Of a stretch of DNA of 64,000 bases, positions 38,669-45,438 are shown in pieces. The notes below the pieces were generated by a model. It made no database searches, was not told the DNA's origin, and saw only the letters and a program-made list of their open reading frames with translations. Positions within the stretch are counted from its first letter, which is position 1. Each line of letters begins with the position of its first letter. Both the position numbers and the translations under genes were made by a program. Source of the DNA: Clostridia bacterium (GTDB lineage: Bacteria; Bacillota; Clostridia; UMGS1840); NCBI GenBank assembly GCA_017936745.1, contig JAGBEY010000011.1, forward strand, positions 8,498-72,497, in the 5' to 3' direction.

Positions 38669-38965
38669 TTAAAAAGATAGAACAAAGCAAAAAAAGACTG
38701 CAACCCTTGAGATTACAGACTTTTTAGTGGCAGGGGCAGTATTGTTAGCCAGATGATTTATTATTTTATCTGTGTTATCGGGAATGAAAGACATATTGGC
38801 AACGGATGGGTCTATCAGTTCACGTATCAACCTTGTGATAGTAGACTTACCCGTTCCGTGTTCCGACGAAATGACTGCAATATAATGCGAGCTGTTTGGA
38901 AAAAAATATTGGATAAGAACTATCTTGTGGATCTTTTGTATTATCAGGTTCCATAATGCTTCCTT
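38669..38965 (-). pseudogene. start-less remnant of a P-loop NTPase (mobile-element primase/helicase-like)
   Basis: Minus-strand frame reads ...IQYFFPNSSHYIAVISSEHGTGKSTITRLIRELIDPSVANMSFIPDNTDKIINHLANN. It has no start codon and is open for only about 96 codons. The track ORFs here are in other frames. Confidence 0.45.
38727..38741. repeat. distal direct repeat (att-like) duplicating the tRNA-Trp 3' end
   Basis: GTGGCAGGGGCAGTA is identical to 43368-43382. Confidence 0.8.
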
Positions 38966-39052
38966 CTTTCGTTAAAAATATTTTTATTGGATTATGTGTT
39001 TTATAAGTAAAAACTACCCTCCCGGAATTTAATATTCTTAATAGAAAAGGAC

Positions 39053-39149
39053 ACAAAAAAACCTTTCCAGAAAGAACACATACCAAAGCATAGACTATCC
39101 CCGTAGGATTATTCTATTTTTGGGTATGTATACCTTCTGAAAAGGTTTT
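39053..39149 (-). terminator. long imperfect hairpin terminator ending the islet operon
   Basis: Arms of about 30 nt (39055-39088 and 39116-39149) are followed on the minus strand by T7. Confidence 0.55.
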
Positions 39150-39286
39150 AAGTTTATTATTATATATCTATTATTCTATTGTCAGGATAATTCCTATTTT
39201 GTCGGTGAAAGTGGTTTTAGCATATAAGAAAAGATTTGTCAAGATTTTTTTGAAAATTTTTTTATTTAACATTTAATACATAATAA

Positions 39287-39406
39287 TTATTTAATTTTTC
39301 TTGATTTAATTCCATTTACAGCTAAGTAGACATTCACTGCAAGAATAGCGCCTTCTGCAAAAGCAGTGATAACTGTCTTTGCAGTGATTCCAATCAATAA
39401 TCCCAA
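39287..39406 (-). CDS. candidate 39-aa hydrophobic micropeptide (TTG start)
   Basis: (M)GLLIGITAKTVITAFAEGAILAVNVYLAVNGIKSRKIK. AAGGAAGGGA lies 5 nt upstream. The start abuts the previous stop (TAATTG). Below the track's length cutoff. Confidence 0.3.
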   Translation of the reverse strand: MGLLIGITAKTVITAFAEGAILAVNVYLAVNGIKSRKIK

Positions 39407-39496
39407 TTAAATCCCTTCCTTTTCCATATTGATGATAGTATCTACTGTTAAAAGAATTGCTAATGTGATACCAAATCCTGATACTGTATATTCCAT
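39407..39496 (-). CDS. candidate 29-aa hydrophobic micropeptide
   Basis: MEYTVSGFGITLAILLTVDTIINMEKEGI, with RBS AAAGGAG 7 nt upstream of the ATG. Below the track's length cutoff. Confidence 0.3.
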   Translation of the reverse strand: MEYTVSGFGITLAILLTVDTIINMEKEGI

Positions 39497-39556
39497 AAAT
39501 TTAACTCCTTTGCATAAAATAAAGGCAATGAACATGACACTTCATTGCCTTATACA

Positions 39557-40069
39557 TTATTCAATATTTAATGCAGTTCCACAATACTCACATTTATTTT
39601 CACCAATCGAGGATACGTTATTGGTAGCTCCGCAGGTGGGGCATATTACACTGGTTGTGACGACTTTAGTATTGATATCAACATCTTCATTTGGCAATAC
39701 AATGGAACGTGTCATATTATCAATGTGAGCCAATCCAAAGAATCCCTTCTGAATCATTTTTCTGATATCTTTTTCAACTTGTTCATAGGAAAGTGATAGT
39801 GAGGAAGCGATTTTGTCCAATGATGAAATTCGGTGATTGTCTATCATAGAGAAGTATTCTCTTTTCCTTAAATTTCTTTTTTCCCATAAGAATCCGACTA
39901 CTACGGCAACAATGAGAGCGGTAAAGAATAACGCTCCATCTCCCATCAGCTTACCCATCCATGAACCTATGGTATAACAACCGATGATATATCCTAAAAT
40001 TCCCCCCTTAATAGCACCTTTTTTTGGTGCAATGCTTTTGATTGCTTTCTCTCTTCTAGTATCATTCAT
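39557..40069 (-). CDS. 2-TM protein with a helical (wHTH-like) domain and a C-terminal zinc ribbon
   Basis: TM segments at about residues 22-41 and 45-62. Then SLDKIASSLSLSYEQVEKDIRKMIQKGFF. Terminal ribbon CPTCG-N13-CEYCG. Confidence 0.6.
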   Translation of the reverse strand: MNDTRREKAIKSIAPKKGAIKGGILGYIIGCYTIGSWMGKLMGDGALFFTALIVAVVVGFLWEKRNLRKREYFSMIDNHRISSLDKIASSLSLSYEQVEKDIRKMIQKGFFGLAHIDNMTRSIVLPNEDVDINTKVVTTSVICPTCGATNNVSSIGENKCEYCGTALNIE

Positions 40070-40070
40070 C

Positions 40071-40733
40071 TTAAAATCCTCCTCTTTTTAACTGTGTAAC
40101 GGTAATATTTCTTTCCTGGATGAGCTGTAATGCCTTCTCGCACAACATGTCTGTTTCTGTTTCATCGGTACTATTTGAAATGGCATTCAAAACAGTCAAT
40201 ATTTCTGCACTTTTGTAATCGGAAACGTGATCGGAATATTTAATAGTATCATAGATTTCCAGAAGCTTTGTACGATGCTTTTCAAACCTACTGTTTACAG
40301 AAAGAACTTGTGCGATTCGTTCACATTCATCAATCACTGCCTTTTGCTGAATGGTGGTTTCCTCATTCTTGTTGATATCATTTGTGACTCCGCTTAAAAC
40401 TACAATGAGAATTGCGAAAATCGCTATTAATACCAAATGAATGATGCAAAATGCCGGAATACTATGAACAAACAGATTCTTAAATAATAACGAAAATAGA
40501 ATATTGATAATCAAATACACAGGCATCAGCGATGAAACGGAAAGGGAAGAAATCATTGTGGGATGTTTATAAAATGCCAACATTCCAAAAGTGATGCATT
40601 CCCCGATTATCACAAATAACAATGACACATAGTCGATTGCTCGTTTTCCGTTTTCGATTCCTAAAAGGAAGATGAGTACGGTAATTAGTAGTGTGATTCC
40701 GCCAATGACAAGAATGGAGTTCTTATTTTTCAT
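40071..40733 (-). CDS. 4-TM protein with a ~100-aa C-terminal helical domain
   Basis: Four hydrophobic spans in residues 7-116, then a charged helical tail. Only 1 nt separates it from the next gene. Confidence 0.6.
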   Translation of the reverse strand: MKNKNSILVIGGITLLITVLIFLLGIENGKRAIDYVSLLFVIIGECITFGMLAFYKHPTMISSLSVSSLMPVYLIINILFSLLFKNLFVHSIPAFCIIHLVLIAIFAILIVVLSGVTNDINKNEETTIQQKAVIDECERIAQVLSVNSRFEKHRTKLLEIYDTIKYSDHVSDYKSAEILTVLNAISNSTDETETDMLCEKALQLIQERNITVTQLKRGGF

Positions 40734-40745
40734 AAATATACCCCC

Positions 40746-41972
40746 TTAGAGTTTGTTGCCGCATTCAGGACAGAATTTAGGAGTCCCGTGAATTTCGGCA
40801 TTGCAGTTAGGGCATTTTCTTGTTTGAGGACTGCCGCATTCAGGACAGAACTTGCTGTTTTCTGCAATAGATGCTCCGCAACTGATACATTTGGTCTGAC
40901 CTGCTGATTGGGCTTCCGCTCCGCAATTGTTACAAAACTTTTGATTTGCATTCAAAATAGTACCACACTTTGCACAAGTTATGGGAGAATCGTCCGTTAC
41001 ATTCATTACGGCAGCCATATTACCCATTTGTGTTCCTACAACTGCACCCATTCTGTTGCCCATTGCAAGTCCCATTCCCATTGTCATAAAATCATTTGAC
41101 ATTCCGCTACCTTCGTTGGAAGCGGCACTTTCCATCACATCAAAGGAGCGTCGTTGCTGATAGGTATAACCTGCTTGTTTTTGTTCATAACCCATAACAT
41201 CTGCTTTTGCAGTGCCTACCTGGCGTGTGGTATAAGCTTCTGTGTCTGCTTTGGCTGTTTCTGTCCACCTTGTTTTTGCGGCATCAGCCATAGCTTCTTT
41301 TACTAACTTATAGCTGCTGTCATTCTCGTCGGCATTGACACTGTTAACAGAGAAATTCAGAAGAGTTATGCCATAATCAGCCATAAAGTCTTTCAGATAT
41401 TCTCTTATAAAATCGGATAAATCATCTAAATATGTATTAACCTGCAGAATGCCAATGTGTTTCTGAGTGAAGTATGAACCAATGATAGAAGTACATTTTC
41501 TTAAGTATTCACCCTTGAAATATGAAATAATATTTTCCTTACTGAATATGGGAAGGGTACCAACTAATTTTTCTAAGAATTTTTTTGAGTTTTCAATTCG
41601 AATGCCAAATTGACCGAAGCTTTTTACTTTCACATCAATCATAAGAAAGGGGTCGAACAAGGAAACTGGTGTGGGGGTTCCCCATTTAATATCCAATGAA
41701 TGAATCTTATTTACAAACCATACTTCTGCCTTGAAAGGGGATTGACCACCAAAGGGAAGGTTAATCAGCTTATTTAGAATCGGAATATTTCTTGTTTCTA
41801 ATGTGTGTCTCCCTGCACCGAACACATCCAATGCCTGTCCGCCTTTGAATAAGATAGCTTCCTGCGATTCATTGACTATCAGTTGTGTTTTGGTGCTTAG
41901 TTCGTCGTTTGGATATTTCCAGGCAAAGATATTTGGTCCGCCTTCATATCGTACAACATCAATTAGTGCCAT
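40746..41972 (-). CDS. SPFH/band-7 protein of the YdjI/COG4260 type with a Gly/Met-rich linker and three C-terminal zinc ribbons
   Basis: N-terminus ALIDVVRYEG..FAWKYP...LIVNESQEAILFKGGQALDVFGAGRHTLETRNIPIL...SPFKAEVWFVNK...KWGTPTPV is colinear with B. subtilis YdjI as I recall it. C-terminus has 3x CxxC-N11-CxxC. Confidence 0.75.
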   Translation of the reverse strand: MALIDVVRYEGGPNIFAWKYPNDELSTKTQLIVNESQEAILFKGGQALDVFGAGRHTLETRNIPILNKLINLPFGGQSPFKAEVWFVNKIHSLDIKWGTPTPVSLFDPFLMIDVKVKSFGQFGIRIENSKKFLEKLVGTLPIFSKENIISYFKGEYLRKCTSIIGSYFTQKHIGILQVNTYLDDLSDFIREYLKDFMADYGITLLNFSVNSVNADENDSSYKLVKEAMADAAKTRWTETAKADTEAYTTRQVGTAKADVMGYEQKQAGYTYQQRRSFDVMESAASNEGSGMSNDFMTMGMGLAMGNRMGAVVGTQMGNMAAVMNVTDDSPITCAKCGTILNANQKFCNNCGAEAQSAGQTKCISCGASIAENSKFCPECGSPQTRKCPNCNAEIHGTPKFCPECGNKL

Positions 41973-41986
41973 TTTTTCGTATCTCC

Positions 41987-42343
41987 CTATAAAGTTTCTT
42001 TAATCATTCTTCTGATTGTTTTTTCGCTGTAGCCATATTTTTGAGCTAACTGCCTGATATTCGTTCCATCATACTCAATGGGGATTCGCTGTTTGACGTA
42101 TTCCGGATTGAATAATCTTGTAGGATAAGTGATTTGCATTCCTTTGTATAATTGATACATTTTGATTGCAACATCATATCCAAATTCTTCTGAAATCTCT
42201 TCATAGATAGGATTGAGCAGTTTTAGTGTTTGCTCATTTCCCATAGCAATCACCTCTTGAACATAATCTCTACATACGTATTTTAGCATATTTTGATTTA
42301 TAAGTAAAATCTCTTTGTCCTTATGTTTTTCCATATTTTGCAT
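41987..42343 (-). CDS. Mor-family (phage Mu middle-operon-regulator-like) HTH protein
   Basis: C-terminal pattern GMQITYPTRLF....KQRI..EYDGTNIRQLAQKYGYSEKTIRRMIKE. Confidence 0.6.
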   Translation of the reverse strand: MQNMEKHKDKEILLINQNMLKYVCRDYVQEVIAMGNEQTLKLLNPIYEEISEEFGYDVAIKMYQLYKGMQITYPTRLFNPEYVKQRIPIEYDGTNIRQLAQKYGYSEKTIRRMIKETL

Positions 42344-42364
42344 CTTCTCATATACGGTAATATT

Positions 42365-42634
42365 TCACTCTTTTCCTGCAATATATAGATATTTTTTGTA
42401 GGGACAAATCACTTGTGCAAATTCTGACGTATCCAAATTTTTGTTAAAATTCTCTATGTGTAAAGATTCATTTTTTTCACACACAACTACAAAACCACCC
42501 ATATCAACATCAACATTTCGGTCTTCACCATAATTCTCATCTAACAATGCTACATCTTGGGATATTGCATTTTGAATGTGGATGGGAAGATGGGAGATTC
42601 GGAACAACTCGTTTTTCGTACCAATTTTAATCAT
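42365..42634 (-). CDS. hypothetical protein (89 aa)
   Basis: Tightly spaced within the operon (7 nt and 21 nt gaps). No motif recognised. Confidence 0.5.
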   Translation of the reverse strand: MIKIGTKNELFRISHLPIHIQNAISQDVALLDENYGEDRNVDVDMGGFVVVCEKNESLHIENFNKNLDTSEFAQVICPYKKYLYIAGKE

Positions 42635-42641
42635 TTGAACA

Positions 42642-43169
42642 TCACTCCTTATTGATTAACTCGCCTATGATAAATGGCATAAGCTTCCATTTTCTCACTT
42701 TTGGACATAACGGATGATAGAATTTTCTATCATCCGAATCAGCGATGCAAAATAGCTTTTTGCTATAGGTTGATAGTGATTCTAAAACCTCTGTTTGGCA
42801 TTTCTGGACACGCTTATCGGTAGATTTTCCTGTTCCTACTGCGAAAATAATAATCTCTGCATTGCTGGCAGATTTTTGGATAGCCTTTCGGTTCTCCTCA
42901 TCCATTTCGTTATCAATCACGGCTTTTCCATTCCCAATGGTTGCAAACAAATTTACGATATCCACACTGCCGTAATCCAATGCAATTAGATTTTCAATAC
43001 AATGCGATGTGGTTCTGTCGAACACAATTCCGTTTGCCTGACCTGATGAAAGCATAACCACACAAGCCTTTTTCTTGTCTTTATCCCATTCAACAGATAA
43101 GACATATCGTTTCGTTTTGTCATCACTATACTGTAGGGATGATTTTAGTATCGTTTTTTCTGAAATCAT
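42642..43169 (-). CDS. DUF1643 domain protein
   Basis: KRYVLSVEWDKDKKKACVVMLSSGQANGIVFDRTTSHCIENLIALDYGSVDIVNLFA fits the DUF1643 pattern. RBS GGAGG precedes ATG 43169, and the listed 43298 start is unlikely. Confidence 0.65.
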   Translation of the reverse strand: MISEKTILKSSLQYSDDKTKRYVLSVEWDKDKKKACVVMLSSGQANGIVFDRTTSHCIENLIALDYGSVDIVNLFATIGNGKAVIDNEMDEENRKAIQKSASNAEIIIFAVGTGKSTDKRVQKCQTEVLESLSTYSKKLFCIADSDDRKFYHPLCPKVRKWKLMPFIIGELINKE

Positions 43170-43367
43170 AAAAAACCTCCGTAAATAGAATAAGACCCAA
43201 ACGGTAGTTAACTGCCATTCGGGTCTCTCATCATTAGAATATATAATTGAAGATAGTTTTGTTACGTGACGTCGTCGGAGACGGCGAAATAGATACAAAT
43301 AAATATTACTAAATCAGTAACTATGAAAAGAAAAACGCCATCACTCACTATCGAATGACGGCGTTTT

Positions 43368-43382
43368 GTGGCAGGGGCAGTA
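43368..43382. repeat. proximal direct repeat (att-like) within the tRNA-Trp 3' end
   Basis: GTGGCAGGGGCAGTA is identical to 38727-38741. Confidence 0.8.
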
Positions 43383-43444
43383 GGATTTGAACCCACGACT
43401 TACAGTTTTGGAGACTGTCGCTCTACCAGCTGAACTATACCCCT
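43369..43444 (-). tRNA. tRNA-Trp (anticodon CCA)
   Basis: 76-nt cloverleaf. Acceptor AGGGGTA/TGCCCCT, D arm GTTC/GAGC, anticodon stem ACAGT/ACTGT with loop CTCCAAA, T arm GTGGG-TTCAAAT-CCTAC, and an encoded CCA. Confidence 0.95.
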
Positions 43445-43543
43445 AAATATTTGATACTGTGATATTATACACGAGTTTTTTTTGTTTGTCAATATATAAA
43501 ATGCAAAAAAATAATATTTTTCTCATAAATTTGGAATGTTTCG

Positions 43544-43572
43544 TTGACAATAGGGCTTTTTGACGATATAAT
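43544..43572 (+). promoter_or_regulatory. consensus sigma-A promoter
   Basis: TTGACA, 17 nt, TATAAT, upstream of the 43623 CDS. Confidence 0.6.
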
Positions 43573-43622
43573 AGGAACAGAAATTTATTTTGTCGAATTT
43601 TGTAAAATTTAGGAGAAAAACT

Positions 43623-44084
43623 ATGAACGAAAAGGATGACTCCCGTTTTGATGTTAAAGCTTTGACGGTATGCTTGATTCTCAGTATGTGTGCAAATGTA
43701 TACGGCTTTTTAATTATGCCGAATATCGCGAAGTCACAGACGGATTCTGTTATAATAAACAGGCTTGATCCGGCGTATTTTGAGCAGAGAGGTGTGGTTA
43801 CCGAAGAACAAATGCAGTCGTATATCATACCTGAACCTGTGCAGAAGCCTGTCATTGAGCTGGTTGCGACTCCGGCTCCAACGCCAACTCCTGCTGCTGG
43901 AGCTGTGTCCAAAAAGGCGGCACTTCCGTCTATTCAGTACGAAGGAGCTACTGTTTATGTAACAAAGAGCGGAAAGAAATTTCATCGGAGCGGATGTAGC
44001 TCACTTTCTAAATCGAAAATTCCTATGTTGTATGAGAATGCGACTGCGGATGGTTACACCCCTTGTGGAAAATGTAAGCCGTAA
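43623..44084 (+). CDS. membrane-anchored protein with a C-terminal Cys-rich (Ada-like Zn-binding type) domain
   Basis: RBS AGGAGAAAAA. One TM segment. PTPAPTPTP linker. C-terminus YVTKSGKKFHRSGCSSL....GYTPCGKCKP. Confidence 0.6.
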   Translation: MNEKDDSRFDVKALTVCLILSMCANVYGFLIMPNIAKSQTDSVIINRLDPAYFEQRGVVTEEQMQSYIIPEPVQKPVIELVATPAPTPTPAAGAVSKKAALPSIQYEGATVYVTKSGKKFHRSGCSSLSKSKIPMLYENATADGYTPCGKCKP

Positions 44085-44163
44085 GGAGCAAATCCTATTG
44101 ACAAATACGATAAGCTGATATAAGATACTAATGACACTATGACAACGAATTAGGGGGATGACT

Positions 44164-45438
44164 ATGGCAAACAAAGAACAAATGCTTCAACTGATAAATA
44201 ATGCAGACGAGCACCTGGCGGAGCTTTATGGAGCAGAAAATGTAACCGCACAGAAAAAACGATACATACAGGCTGTAGACAGCTTTTGTGAACTGTATGG
44301 TGATAGAGACAATCTGATGATTTTTTCTGCACCGGGAAGAACAGAAATTGGCGGCAACCATACCGACCATAATTTGGGAAAAGTTCTCGCCGGAAGTGTG
44401 AATTTGGACGTTATAGCAGTTTGTTCCGCTACCGACAGCAATTGGATTCACCTGAAATCTGAGGGATATCCGAGTGACCACGTTTCGTTGGAGGAATTGA
44501 CTGTTCAGGAGAATGAGGCGGGGAAATCTGTGTCTTTAATTCGTGGAATTGCGGCACGTTTTCAGCAATTGGGATACCAGATTGGGGGATTTGATGCTTA
44601 TACCACATCCAATGTATTAAAAGGCTCAGGACTTTCTTCTTCCGCAGCATTTGAAGTGTTGGTGGGGACAGCTTTAAATGGTCTCTATAACGATGAACGT
44701 GTTTCTCCTGTTGAAATTGCTAAAATAGCTCAGTATGCAGAGAATGAATATTTTAAAAAGCCTTGTGGCTTGATGGACCAGATGGCATCCTCAGTTGGTG
44801 GAATTATTACCATAGATTTTAAAGACAAAGAACAACCGCTGATTGAACGGGTTCATTATAATTTTTCCAAAAGCGGTTATGCTCTGTGTATTGTTGATAC
44901 AGGCGGAAATCATGCTGACCTGACTGATGAATACGCATCAATTCCCGGTGAAATGAAAGCAGTTGCCGGGTATTTCGGAAAATCGGTGTTGCGGGAAGTA
45001 ACCAAAGAGAAAATTCTTACTGAAATTATTCGCTTGCGGGAACAGTTTGGTGATCGTGCGGTGCTTCGTGCTTTGCATTACCTGGATGATAATGAGCGTG
45101 TGGAAAGAGAAGTTGCTGCATTAAACTGCGGAGATTTTGAAGCATTTAAAGAGTTGGTTATTGCATCGGGAAATTCTTCTTTCCGATTCTTGCAGAATGT
45201 TTACGCCACAAAAAATCCTTCCGAGCAAGGGCTATCTCTTGCCATTTATCTGGCACATGGAATTTTGGAAGGAAAAGGTGCATATCGGGTTCATGGCGGC
45301 GGCTTTGGCGGTACGACACAGAATTTTGTCCCCGTCGATATGGTGGATATGTTTCAATCTGCTATTGAAAAGGTATTTGGAAAAGGAAAATGCCATATTC
45401 TCTTTATCAGAAATCAAGGAGGCGTAAGAGTATTATGA
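44164..45438 (+). CDS. galK: galactokinase
   Basis: GHMP kinase motifs FSAPGRTEIGGNHTDHN and GSGLSSSAA. Followed by galT with an overlapping stop/start. Confidence 0.9.
   Translation: MANKEQMLQLINNADEHLAELYGAENVTAQKKRYIQAVDSFCELYGDRDNLMIFSAPGRTEIGGNHTDHNLGKVLAGSVNLDVIAVCSATDSNWIHLKSEGYPSDHVSLEELTVQENEAGKSVSLIRGIAARFQQLGYQIGGFDAYTTSNVLKGSGLSSSAAFEVLVGTALNGLYNDERVSPVEIAKIAQYAENEYFKKPCGLMDQMASSVGGIITIDFKDKEQPLIERVHYNFSKSGYALCIVDTGGNHADLTDEYASIPGEMKAVAGYFGKSVLREVTKEKILTEIIRLREQFGDRAVLRALHYLDDNERVEREVAALNCGDFEAFKELVIASGNSSFRFLQNVYATKNPSEQGLSLAIYLAHGILEGKGAYRVHGGGFGGTTQNFVPVDMVDMFQSAIEKVFGKGKCHILFIRNQGGVRVL

Larger units (their letters stand above)
38727..43382. mobile_element. integrase-less genomic islet inserted at the 3' end of tRNA-Trp
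   Basis: 15-bp direct repeats sit at both ends, one within the tRNA 3' end. AT-rich interior, a mobile-element gene remnant and a Mor-like gene. No integrase ORF on either strand. Confidence 0.65.

Noticed and set aside
38753-39086. Track ORFs 38753-38956 (+) and 38847-39086 (-)
   Set aside because: Neither has an RBS or protein-like sequence. The only meaningful reading of this DNA is the start-less P-loop frame, so the region was called a pseudogene remnant instead.
40730-40951. 73-aa ORF overlapping the zinc-ribbon region of the SPFH gene
   Set aside because: It is an alternate frame of a Cys-codon-rich repeat region, wholly inside a better-supported CDS.
38742-43367. Search for an integrase or recombinase inside the tRNA-Trp islet
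   Set aside because: No ORF on either strand shows tyrosine-recombinase (R..HxxR..Y) or serine-recombinase features. The islet is therefore described as integrase-less rather than as a functional integrative element.
43523-43985. Minus-strand and alternate-frame ORFs opposite the 43623-44084 gene
   Set aside because: They are Ala/Gly/Val-rich translations of the antisense of a PTPAPTP linker. The plus-strand gene has a promoter and an RBS.
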